From NCBI GenBank assembly GCA_037441475.1, contig JBBISB010000001.1, positions 246,418-278,417 on the forward strand: a stretch of DNA of 32,000 nt, given 5' to 3'. Positions 18,299 to 27,741 of this stretch are shown in pieces. The position numbers were made by a program, and so were the translations under genes. The notes below the pieces were generated by a model. The model was given only the letters and a program-made list of their open reading frames with translations, had not been told where the DNA came from and made no database searches. The stretch comes from Candidatus Iainarchaeum sp. Its GTDB lineage: Archaea; Iainarchaeota; Iainarchaeia; Iainarchaeales; CSSED10-239. Position 1 is the stretch's first letter; each line of letters starts with the position of its first letter.

Positions 18299-18829
18299 TT
18301 ATTTATGAAGCTTAACTTCTTTTTTACCTAAAATAAAATTATGCCCTGTAAACATTAATGAGAAGATTAGAAGGGAAGCAATTAATTTTGCTATAAGGTA
18401 GTTTATTTTAAAAATTTCAACGAAGAGAGCTATTAAACCTATGTTTAATAATAGACCAAAAACAGATATTACAAAATAATTTATAAAAGAACTAAGAAAA
18501 TCTAAACTGTTTAAAGGTTTATACTTGAAAGTAAACTTCATATTAAGTAAAAAATTATTTCCAAGAGCTATTATGTATGAAAACATAGCTGATAAAAGAT
18601 AAAAAAGATTAAAAAATTCTGTAAAGATTATTAAAAATAAAAAATCAATGATTTCTCCAGAAAGACTTATAATAGAATATTTTATAGTTTTTTTATTTTT
18701 ATAAAAAAGCTTAAAGTCCATTAACCAATAGTATATCTTGTAAAATATATTACTCTTCTTATAAACCAATAGACTGTTAATAAAGCTAGGTTTATTATAT
18801 TTAAAATCAGATATTTTTGTTTGCTTCAT
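18299..18829 (-). CDS. GtrA-like membrane protein
   Basis: IKYSIISLSGEIIDFLFLIIFTEFF...LLSAMFSYIIALGNNFLLNMKFTFKYK; four TM segments with the typical NFLLNKxxTF motif. Confidence 0.75.
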   Translation of the reverse strand: MKQTKISDFKYNKPSFINSLLVYKKSNIFYKIYYWLMDFKLFYKNKKTIKYSIISLSGEIIDFLFLIIFTEFFNLFYLLSAMFSYIIALGNNFLLNMKFTFKYKPLNSLDFLSSFINYFVISVFGLLLNIGLIALFVEIFKINYLIAKLIASLLIFSLMFTGHNFILGKKEVKLHK

Positions 18830-18932
18830 AAAAGAACAAGTCAATTAAATTATATTGATTATTAGATTATTTTTCCTCTTATATATTATATAATCTATGT
18901 GTTTAAATAATTTACTATATACTATACATATT

Positions 18933-20318
18933 ATGCATAAAACAATAATTCCTATCCTACATGATATTAAAAAATATCTTGAAATTAAAAAGCTAGACTA
19001 CTTTGAAATCAGGTATGAAAACCATGATAGAAGAGTTATAAATGTTGAAAACTTAGATACTAAGGACCTATTAGAGAATAATAACCAAGGGATTGGTATA
19101 AGGGTACTTGTAGATAAGAAAGTTGGTTTTTTATCTTTAAATAACTTTGAAGAGTATAGGTCAAAGATTGATAGATTAATTGAAAATACTAAAAAAACTA
19201 ATAAAAAAACAGAAATGAATAATTTTTCAAAAATAAAAGATAAAGATATTGTAAAACATAAGGACTTTAACGAAGTGGATAACTCAACAAAGATTAAAGA
19301 GCTTATTAAAGTTAACAAAGAACTTCTTAGTAAAGAAGATAACATAAAGATACTTAACTCAGATATTATTAAGCAAGAAATAACTACTGAAAAATACTTT
19401 TTAACAAAAGAAGCTGAGATATACCAAAAAAGACCATACTCTATTATATTCTCACTAATGACTGCTAAAAAAGATAACAAGATAGAATCAAATTTAACAA
19501 GGATAGGAAACCTTGGTGGTCTTGAAAAATATTCTGTGCAGGATATTGAAAAACTACTTTTATCAAATAAAAATAAATTAAAAGAACTTTTTGAATCAAA
19601 GGCATGCCCTGCTATTAAGTCTGATATAATCCTACATCCAAATGTTGCTGATCTTTTAGCACATGAAGCTATTGGACATGCTTGTGAAGCTGACTTTCTA
19701 TTAGATAATACAACAGTTCTTAAAAAAGGATTAAAGATATCTATAAACAAGGAAGTAAATGTTACTGACAACCCAGAGATAAGAGAGTTTGGATACTTTA
19801 AGTATGATGATGAAGGAATAAAGGCAAGAAAAACAGAGCTTATAAAAAAAGGGGTTGTAAATGACTTTATGACAAACATAGAGTCTGCAACAAAACTTAA
19901 AACTAAATCAAATGGATCTGCAAGAGCTGAAAATTATAACCAGTTTCCAGTAGTAAGAATGAGTAACACTTATTTTGAAGAAGGAAAACATAAGATAGAA
20001 GATATGCTTAAAAACTTCAATGGATATCTTTTAAGTGGTTTTTCAGGCGGACAGGTTGAAACAAATGTAGGTACTTTTATGTTTGGTATAAAGCAAGCTT
20101 ACAAGTATAAGAATGGAGAGATTGCTGAAAAATATAAACAAGCTTCAATTTCAGGAAACATCTTAACATACTTAAATAACATTACAGAGATCTCAAATAA
20201 AAAAGATAAGTTTGAGATTGGTTTTTGTGGAAAGAGTGGACAAACTGCCTTTGTAGGTGGAGCAGGCCCATACATTAAAGTAAAAGATGCAATTATTGGT
20301 GGAACTAAACATGAATAA
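18933..20318 (+). CDS. tldD: TldD family metalloprotease subunit (track ORF starts at 18897; start probably at MHKTII)
   Basis: Zinc protease motif HEAIGHACEADFLL, GYFKYDDEGIKARKTELIKKGVVNDFMTN, SNGSARAENY, NTYFEEGKH, FVGGAGPYIKVKDAIIGG. Confidence 0.95.
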   Translation: MHKTIIPILHDIKKYLEIKKLDYFEIRYENHDRRVINVENLDTKDLLENNNQGIGIRVLVDKKVGFLSLNNFEEYRSKIDRLIENTKKTNKKTEMNNFSKIKDKDIVKHKDFNEVDNSTKIKELIKVNKELLSKEDNIKILNSDIIKQEITTEKYFLTKEAEIYQKRPYSIIFSLMTAKKDNKIESNLTRIGNLGGLEKYSVQDIEKLLLSNKNKLKELFESKACPAIKSDIILHPNVADLLAHEAIGHACEADFLLDNTTVLKKGLKISINKEVNVTDNPEIREFGYFKYDDEGIKARKTELIKKGVVNDFMTNIESATKLKTKSNGSARAENYNQFPVVRMSNTYFEEGKHKIEDMLKNFNGYLLSGFSGGQVETNVGTFMFGIKQAYKYKNGEIAEKYKQASISGNILTYLNNITEISNKKDKFEIGFCGKSGQTAFVGGAGPYIKVKDAIIGGTKHE

Positions 20319-21600
20319 AGAAGAAATTTATAAGTTTTGTAAAAAGATTACAGAAAAAGAAAAAATTGATTTTAAGTATATTCAATCAGAGAGTGAAGAA
20401 ATAAACTTAAATAGATTTTCAATAGAGAACTACTATCAGAATATTAGTGAAAGATTATTTATTAGGGTAATTGATAAAAACAGCATAGGGACATACAGTA
20501 TACAGGATATTAGAAAAGAAAAGATACTTGAAGGTATTAAAAAAGCAAAAGAGATTGCTAAGTTAAAAAAATCAACTATCAAGTACACTGATTTTGGAGA
20601 TTTTAAAAGTAAACAAAAAATTAAGTTTGATACTAAGATATCAGAGGTTAAATTTTCAGATATTTTAAGCAAGGTTAAAGAAAATCTTACAAAAGATAAA
20701 ACAGTGGTAGGATATATTGGTGGAGTATCAAAAGTTAACCTTAAGTCATTTTATATAAATAACAATACAGAGAAGGAAGAAGAAAAAAGCTATATCTTCC
20801 AAGAAACAGGAGTCTTGACAAAAAATATAAAAAAATCCTCAGGAGACTTTTCAAGCACCTACACAAGAGTTGAGGATATTGATATTAATAGTAATTTTTT
20901 GCAAGCTAAGATAAATGCACAAAACCTCTTAGATCCAGAGAAAGGAAGTAAAGGAGAATATACTTTAATCCTAACACCTGGGGTTACAAAAGAGCTTATA
21001 TCGTTTATACTTAGTGGAACAACAGGAGATATTATTGAAAAGAAAAAATCTTTCTTACATGAACATATGGGAAAACAAGTTTTTTCTAAAAACCTAAATA
21101 TTGTTGAAGACCCACACATTGATTATTTTTTAAAATCACAAACAATTGATGATGAAGGAATAAAGACTACTCAAAAAGAAATTATCAAAGAAGGGGTTTT
21201 TACAAAACCAATTTATGATTTATACAGTTCCATAAAATACAATAAAAAAGCAACTGGGAATGGTTTTTTATCAAATAACTACTCCTCAAGCTACACTAAT
21301 ATTATACAAGAAGCAGGCAGTAAAAAAATAGAAGATGTTATTGATAAGACTAAAAAAGGGGTCTTAGTTTACCAAATATTAGGGTTTCATACAAACAAAA
21401 TGTCAGATGGTAACTTTGCATTGACAATTTCTGCAGGAAAAGAGATAATTAATGGTAAATATGTAAAGACAATAACAAACCTTAACTTTTCTGGAAATTT
21501 AAAAGATATTCTAAAAGAAGTTTATTTTTCAAAAGAACAACAATTTTTTGGATCTTCACTTTACAGCTTTACAGTACTTCCAAACATTAAATTAATATAG
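20305..21600 (+). CDS. tldE: TldE/PmbA family protein
   Basis: Overlaps tldD by 14 bp. LILTPGVTKELISFILSGTTGDIIEKKKSFLHEHMGKQVFSKNLNIVEDPHID; GFHTNKMSDGNFALTISAGKEIINGKYVKTI. Confidence 0.92.
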   Translation, partial: LNMNKEEIYKFCKKITEKEKIDFKYIQSESEEINLNRFSIENYYQNISERLFIRVIDKNSIGTYSIQDIRKEKILEGIKKAKEIAKLKKSTIKYTDFGDFKSKQKIKFDTKISEVKFSDILSKVKENLTKDKTVVGYIGGVSKVNLKSFYINNNTEKEEEKSYIFQETGVLTKNIKKSSGDFSSTYTRVEDIDINSNFLQAKINAQNLLDPEKGSKGEYTLILTPGVTKELISFILSGTTGDIIEKKKSFLHEHMGKQVFSKNLNIVEDPHIDYFLKSQTIDDEGIKTTQKEIIKEGVFTKPIYDLYSSIKYNKKATGNGFLSNNYSSSYTNIIQEAGSKKIEDVIDKTKKGVLVYQILGFHTNKMSDGNFALTISAGKEIINGKYVKTITNLNFSGNLKDILKEVYFSKEQQFFGSSLYSFTVLPNIKLI

Positions 21601-21602
21601 AT

Positions 21603-23019
21603 TTATTTTGAAAATAAATCATAGAAACCATTAATCTTGTTTACAATCCTGTCTGTAAGGCTTGTGCTTTTATCTTTTCCAAAAACTATTTTTTTATCTT
21701 TAAATTTTTGTATAACATCCTCTACAACTTCATAAGGATAACCATAATATACAAGTGTTGAAAAAACATCATTTTGAGAAGATGTTTCTACATGTGGAAG
21801 AAAAAGATGGTAAAGGTTACTGATTAATTTTTCATACTCAAGATTCTTTTTTTCTAAAAGAGATTTAATTAATTCAGGATCTGCTTTTTTAATATTTTCA
21901 AGACCCTTAAACTTAGATTGGATAACAGATTCTTTTTTTAATTTTTTGACTTCTTTTGAAATATTTACAGAAGACATGTTTTCAAGTTTTTTTTGTCTTT
22001 CAGAAATTTCACTAACCTCTTGTTGTAGTTTTGTAACTTCCTTATAGATTTGATTAATCTGCTAGAAACTATCTTGTATCTTTGAAAGAGTTAACTTTAT
22101 GGCAGAATCTGATTTTCCTGCAAATAAAACATTTCCGGTGTTTTTTTCATCCTTAAGTTTATTTTCATAATCGATTTCTTTTTTAGAAGATTCAATAAAG
22201 CTTAAGATTGTTTTTTCATCAAGATCATATTTACTAAAGAAACCAACGATTGCATCTTTTGAAACATTTTGGTTTAATAAAAACTTAGTTGTTTTTCTTA
22301 CATCCCCTAAAAATTCTTTTTGCTTAGAAGTGTAATCATTTATTTTTTTCTTTTTTTTCAAAGAATTCCTTTTGGGATGCTAAAAGTTTATCTTTATTAA
22401 TATTAATAAGGTTTAAATAAAAGGCATCAGGCATTCTTGTTACTAAGTAACCTTCTAAAACAAATAATAAGAAAATTATTATTGCAGAAATTAAGAATAT
22501 TAGACGTGAGATATGATCAAACATAGGTAGATTAGTTATAATTAAATAAAGGACAATAGAAATAACTAAACCCATTAACACAGAAAGAGTTTTTAATCTT
22601 TTAAGTTGTTTAATATTTAAAATAATCCTATTTACATACTCTCTTGAAATTCCTATGTTCGTTATAAAATAATTAATTGAAGCTTCTGAGTAGTTACTTT
22701 TACTTAAAACTGAAATTGCCTCTTTTAGCTGTCTTACAAGATCATCAATATTTTCTTCTTTATTTTTAAAATTAACTTCATCTAAAACATCTTTAATGTT
22801 TGAACTTCTTAATTTAGAGTACCAAAAGATTGGAAACTTAGAAAGTAAAATTCCTATTAAAAAAAATAAGATTAAAATTATTAAAACAATTAAAAATGGT
22901 AAAAATTGAACCTCTTTAATATATGCAAAAGATGGCAGGGTTATAATTAAATAATAGGCGATAGCTGAAAAGATAATTCCAAATATCCAAAAAAATAATT
23001 TAACTATGTTTTTGTTCAT
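21603..23019 (-). pseudogene. Second copy of the membrane coiled-coil family (paralogue of 8001..9371), broken by one frameshift and one in-frame TAG
   Basis: Three ORFs align in order to one protein: 22336..23019 (TM part), 22062..22361 (middle), 21603..21977 (C-term ...YYGYPYEVVEDVIQKFKDKKIVFGKDKSTSLTDRIVNKINGFYDLFSK versus ...SKGYSYETIIDLLDEFKKNKIDLNKNTESLQDKVVSKINNLYDSFKD). TAG at 22062-22064 is in frame with the ORF starting at 21977. Confidence 0.7.
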
Positions 23020-23104
23020 TATAAGTCTTTTCCAACGGTATAATTTTATTTATATGTATAATATAGATGCATTTATAAATATTATCTTTAAGAAAATATT
23101 AAAT

Positions 23105-23740
23105 ATGGATATAAATAACATTTACTCGATTCTCAAAAAAAGTCTTAAAGGCTACTCAATACCACTTGTAGAAGAGATTAATGTAAAGTCTAAAAAACCT
23201 TTTTTTGTGCTTATAGCTACACTTTTGTCAGCAAGAACTAAAGATACTGTAACTAAAGAAGTATGTGAAAGGTTGTTTATAAAGGTAAGAAATATTGGTG
23301 ATTTGATTTCAATTAATCAAAAAGATTTAGAAAAATTAATCTATCCTGTTGGTTTTTATAAAACTAAAGCCAAGCATCTTAAACAACTAGCATTAATTCT
23401 TAAGGATAAATATAAAGAAAAAGTACCAGACACCATTGAAGATTTAATTACCCTTCCTGGGGTTGAAAGAAAAACTGCAAATCTTGTTTTAGCAGTTTCT
23501 TTTAATATTCCAGCAATCTGTGTTGATACTCATGTACATAGGATAATGAACAGGATAGGATATTTAGAGAGTAAAACACCTTTTGAAACTGAAAAAATTT
23601 TAAGAAAGAAACTTCCTGAAAAACTATGGATGGATACTAATTATTTATTTGTTATTTTAGGACAATATATCTGTAAGCCTATTGGGCCAGAATGTTATAG
23701 ATGCCCTATAGAAAAAAAATGTTCTAAAAAAATTAAATAA
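23105..23740 (+). CDS. nth: Endonuclease III (base-excision repair glycosylase/AP lyase)
   Basis: FFVLIATLLSARTKDTVTKEVCERLF, LPGVERKTANLVLAV, CVDTHVHRIMNRIGY, Fe-S cluster CRxxCPIEKKC-type motif (CYRCPIEKKCSKK). Confidence 0.96.
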   Translation: MDINNIYSILKKSLKGYSIPLVEEINVKSKKPFFVLIATLLSARTKDTVTKEVCERLFIKVRNIGDLISINQKDLEKLIYPVGFYKTKAKHLKQLALILKDKYKEKVPDTIEDLITLPGVERKTANLVLAVSFNIPAICVDTHVHRIMNRIGYLESKTPFETEKILRKKLPEKLWMDTNYLFVILGQYICKPIGPECYRCPIEKKCSKKIK

Positions 23741-23823
23741 TTATTTCTTACATAAAAAAATAATTCATGCACTACAAATACATGTGTTTATTGTAAAAGC
23801 CAAAAGTAATCACTTGAAAAATA

Positions 23824-24528
23824 TTAGTTACACCCAATCTCTTCTAAAAACTCAGGAGTATTATCTATTGTGTAATAAACCTTTCCGTTAATGTATGCAG
23901 CTGGCGCATCTGTTATATTATAATCAATAATTAATTGATTGACTATTGGTATGTAATCAACTTTTGGAAGAGCAATTGATGTAAAGTTACATTGTTTTGC
24001 AAGTCTATTAAGCTTCTCTGCAAAAAATAGAGTTTTTGCATCAGACCCTGCTTTTTCCACACTAAACTCTCTAAACTCAGGATAGAAGTAAAGGATACCT
24101 TTATTATCAATAGCCCCACACTCCTTCTCAATAGAGTTATAATGGAACCATAGTTTAATGTTTGTTAAGATGAAAAGTAATTTTGTATTATCATCAGACT
24201 CAACAATTGCATTTCTATTAATCTTTTTTAATCTTAAGTAAAGTTCATTATTAACTTTTAAATAAGACTCTAATTGATTCTTAAGAATAACACACTTATC
24301 TTTGTTTCCATCCTCTAAATAAGACTTATAAATATCATTTAGAATTATTTGTTGTTGTAAAATATTATAATCGTCTTCAATAATTTTTCTTTTATAACTA
24401 TCATAGAAAGTAATTGCAGAAAAAACAACTAAAAATAATATTATTAGGACCAGGAATACAAAGACTAAAATATTATTATTAAATCTATTTTCTTTATTTA
24501 TAAATTTTTGATCTTTTTTTACACTCAT
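23824..24528 (-). CDS. Membrane-anchored thioredoxin-fold/DsbA-like protein, no recognisable CxxC
   Basis: N-terminal TM ILVFVFLVLIILFLVVFSAITFY; C-terminal LAKQCNFTSIALPKVDYIPIVNQLIIDYNITDAPAAYINGKVYY contains a cis-Pro-like APAAYING segment. Confidence 0.5.
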   Translation of the reverse strand: MSVKKDQKFINKENRFNNNILVFVFLVLIILFLVVFSAITFYDSYKRKIIEDDYNILQQQIILNDIYKSYLEDGNKDKCVILKNQLESYLKVNNELYLRLKKINRNAIVESDDNTKLLFILTNIKLWFHYNSIEKECGAIDNKGILYFYPEFREFSVEKAGSDAKTLFFAEKLNRLAKQCNFTSIALPKVDYIPIVNQLIIDYNITDAPAAYINGKVYYTIDNTPEFLEEIGCN

Positions 24529-24547
24529 AATAAGTCACAATCATTAA

Positions 24548-25852
24548 TTACCATTTTTTTTCAAAGTCTAAAAACTCTTTGATAATAGATATTAAGTATA
24601 CAGAAACTAATAAATACATATAGATTAAGATAAAAAATATAAAAGACAAGATATATTTATAATTAAGATTAAATCTTGTTATCCTAAAAGCAAATAAAGC
24701 ATATATTAAAAAGATGATCATTGAAAAGATAACTACATATATTGTAGAAGGAAGTACAAAACCACTAAAGTTAGGTACTATCATAATTCCACTAGAGATA
24801 AACTCAGAAGATAAAAAATAAAGGTATATTAATTGTCTTTTAAGATATATGAATATATAACTAAAAACAAAAGCAACACCTATTGTTTGAACAAAGAAAG
24901 TGAAAGGCAAAACAAATAACCCAAAAATACTATACTTAAAATTAAATAAAACATCTCTATGTTCAAAAATAGTTGCAAGCTCTCCCCTTGACCATCTTTG
25001 TCTTTGTCTAAACCATCCTCTTATGCTATTAGGAATTTCTGTAAAACCATATGCTGTTTCAGCACACCTTATTCTGTAACCAGCTTTAATTATTCTGTAA
25101 CCTAACTCCTTGTCCTCTACAAAATTAGTTATTGAATAACCCCCTAACTGATCAAATACTTTTTTTTTCATTAAAAACATAGCACCAATAGGTATGTTAA
25201 TTGAGTTCATGGCAGAAAGTATTCTTAAGTATATACCCCAATTAAGACTGTACTCAATTACTTGTACTTTCTCCCAAAAATTATTTCTATTTTCTGGAAC
25301 TAAGACACCGTTAACAGCAACCACTTTTTCTTCTTCTAAAAAACCAGTCATCTTCATTAAAACATCTGGGTTAACCATAGTGTCTCCATCTACACAAAAT
25401 ATATTTTCTTCATTAACATACTTAAGTCCTTCGTTCATGATTATAGATTTAGTGTTCATTGATTTTTGGAAGAACTTCTTATCAATAACAATTTGTTTAA
25501 CACCCTTTATATCTTTTAAAAAAGTACAGGTTCCATCTGTTATAACATATACCTTAAAAGGAATAGGGTATTTTATTTTTAATAAAGTTTTAACAGTTCT
25601 TTTAACTGGTAAGAAGTTATTATAAGCGTAGGTTACAACCCCCACAGTTGGTGTTTTTTTAGGGAAAGGTCTTGTCTTTGCAATATCAGGGTAGAAAAGA
25701 TATACAAATATAATTAACATTATTAAATATAGGAAGACAAAAGACATTATTAAGAATATAAAGAAATTTGCATTTATACTTACAAAATAAAATATAATTA
25801 TAAATAAGAAAAGGATAAAGAAAAAAATTCTTTTTTTAGGTTTTTGATTCAT
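24548..25852 (-). CDS. Family 2 membrane glycosyltransferase
   Basis: PTVGVVTYAYNNFLPVKRTVKTLLKIKYP, FCVDGDTMVNPDVLMKM, NFVEDKELGYRIIKAGYRIRCAETAY, RGWFRQRQRWSRGEL (Q/RxxRW), multiple TM. Confidence 0.93.
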   Translation of the reverse strand: MNQKPKKRIFFFILFLFIIIFYFVSINANFFIFLIMSFVFLYLIMLIIFVYLFYPDIAKTRPFPKKTPTVGVVTYAYNNFLPVKRTVKTLLKIKYPIPFKVYVITDGTCTFLKDIKGVKQIVIDKKFFQKSMNTKSIIMNEGLKYVNEENIFCVDGDTMVNPDVLMKMTGFLEEEKVVAVNGVLVPENRNNFWEKVQVIEYSLNWGIYLRILSAMNSINIPIGAMFLMKKKVFDQLGGYSITNFVEDKELGYRIIKAGYRIRCAETAYGFTEIPNSIRGWFRQRQRWSRGELATIFEHRDVLFNFKYSIFGLFVLPFTFFVQTIGVAFVFSYIFIYLKRQLIYLYFLSSEFISSGIMIVPNFSGFVLPSTIYVVIFSMIIFLIYALFAFRITRFNLNYKYILSFIFFILIYMYLLVSVYLISIIKEFLDFEKKW

Positions 25853-25860
25853 AATAACTT

Positions 25861-27494
25861 TTATTTAAAATTGTTTTGTAGATATTTATAATAACTAAAA
25901 TGTTTTTCTGATATATTTTTGATAGAATCATTATTTAAACTATAGTTTATTAGTTTTGAAGAAGAAACATTAATTATTCCAAACTCATTTTTATTATTTT
26001 TAAAGCCTATAAGGTTACTTTCTGTTGCCCCTACAAACATAACAGTATCATTTTCAGTAATGTTATTAACATCTAAAATAAACTTAAAAAGAATATCCTT
26101 AAAATCAAGATGAGAGAGAAGAGCGTAATCTTCTTGTTTATTAATATCTTTTGAAATAAATAAAAGTGGTATTTTATAACCATCAGATATTTTCATATTA
26201 TTTAGAGCTCTAGAACCATGATCAGAAGTTATTATTATTAGAGTTTCATCAAGCAAATCATTTTCTTCTAAAAAGGAATATATTTCATTTAGATAATTAT
26301 TATAATATTCAGTCCTAGATGTTTTGTTATCTATTATATGCTTATAGCTATGCCCATAAATAAACTCTTGAAATAAAAATACATTTTCATTATTTATAAT
26401 AATTTCTTTTGCATCTTTTAAAACAGATAAATCCTCGCACGCTGTTTCATAAGTAAAGATATCTAAACAATAATGTTTCTTACTTAAGTAAACATCTTTT
26501 TTTAAAGTATTAATTTCCATCCAAGCATATGGAGTTGCTATTTCAGGGACTTGAAGAGAGGAAACTAAAAAGTGTGTAGAGTAATTTTTTGCATTAAAAT
26601 AATTTACAAGATTATTTTTCTTATTAATCTCTTTTAGATAAATAGAATATGTGGAATCTAAGTATGCTTCATAAGGGATAAAGTAAGAAGAAAGCATTGT
26701 AAAGATTGCTGTTCTGCTATCTTGATTTGAAGTGTAGTAGTTATTAAAAGAGTAAGTATTAGAAGATGTTTTATTAAAAAAACTATTTTCTAAGTCTTTA
26801 CTACCTTCAAGATATTCAGAAAACATCCATTCTTCACCCACAAAGACAAGTATTTTTTTATATTTAATAGGATTGTTAGGATATTCTTTAATTTCCTTAT
26901 CGCTTATAAAAAGAGGAGTATTAAAAGAAACATCTGTATTTATGTTAACGGCCTTAAAAGAATCTTCAATATTTGTTACAAGGTCAGCATAAGGATTTGT
27001 TCTTATATTTATTACAAAGATAAGAAATATAAAAATAAAAAAGGAAATTAAGATAGAAAAGAATAGTTTTTTTTTAGAAATAGATATATTTTTATTCTTC
27101 CATAAATAAACAGAAATTAAAATGATTATAGAGAAAGAAAAAAACACTAAAAAAAATAATTTAAAAGAAATTATACTTTTAAAAAGAAAGGTTATAGCCT
27201 CTAGAGAAACGCCAGTTATTAAAGCTCCTCTTTGAGAAACATCATAAAAATATATATAATAGAAAGAAAATATTATAAAGTTAAGAAAATAAAAAAGATA
27301 GAAAAGAACAGAGGTATAAATATTTTTAAAATAAAAAAAAAAGTAAAAAATAAAAAAAATATAGAAATATCATATAAAGAAGTTAAAAGAATAATAGGAA
27401 GACTTTTAACGAAATAAACCTTAATTACAAATAAAAAAAATATAGCTAAGAGGGTTAACTTAAACTCAGTATTAAAAATATTTATTTTTTTCAT
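25861..27494 (-). pseudogene. Membrane-bound sulfatase/alkaline-phosphatase-superfamily enzyme (LtaS-like layout), N-terminal TM region split by one apparent frameshift (ORFs 27273..27494 and 25861..27147)
   Basis: ILVFVGEEWMFSEYLEGS, NNYYTSNQDSRTAIFTMLSSYF, ETLIIITSDHGSRAL, YKIPLLFISKDI. Reading upstream of 27147 the same frame stays open as IFFIFYFFFYFKNIYTSVLFYLFYFLNFIIFSFYYIYFYDVSQRGALITGVSLEAITFLFKS, then stops. The N-terminal ORF is in the other frame, with an A10 run at 27333-27342 between them. Confidence 0.6.
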
Positions 27495-27589
27495 AAAAAC
27501 TTTTTCCTTCTTTTTAAAGTATTTTTCTTTTAGAGTGTACTTTTAGAAGATATGTAATATATATAGGAATAGATTTTTAAAGATAAATT

Positions 27590-27712
27590 AAAGGGCTTTT
27601 CTCGGCCAGCTACCCCCCTTGAAAAAGAATATACCCTCTAAACACCAACTATATATTACCTTTAAGATAGACATTAAAAGCCTGCCACTTTAGATGCCTA
27701 TCTGTTAAAATT
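27590..27712. other. Candidate structured non-coding RNA or regulatory region, strand uncertain
   Basis: GC-richer than neighbouring intergenic DNA (CTCGGCCAGCTACCCCCC). Complementary segments GGCTTTT (27594-27600) / AAAAGCC (27676-27682) and AGATAG (27665-27670) / CTATCT (27698-27703). TATA-like TAATATATATA at 27555-27565. Confidence 0.3.
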
Positions 27713-27741
27713 GTGTGAAATTAAAAAGTAGGAAATAGATT

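Noticed and set aside
18998-19879. 293-aa minus-strand ORF opposite tldD, plus 20436..20672 and 20859..21119 opposite tldE
   Set aside because: Long but antisense to clearly homologous TldD/TldE proteins; F/S/L-rich translation with no domain.
22062-22064. Possible amber (TAG) recoding, e.g. pyrrolysine, in the split membrane coiled-coil gene
   Set aside because: TAG is used as an ordinary terminator elsewhere in the window (end of tldE at 21600, end of sufS at 29594). The same gene also needs a frameshift, and no pyl genes are visible. Damage or sequencing error is simpler.
27232-27417. Plus-strand 61-aa ORF rich in K/I/N
   Set aside because: Antisense to the TM region of the sulfatase-fold gene. 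The translation simply reflects A-rich sequence.
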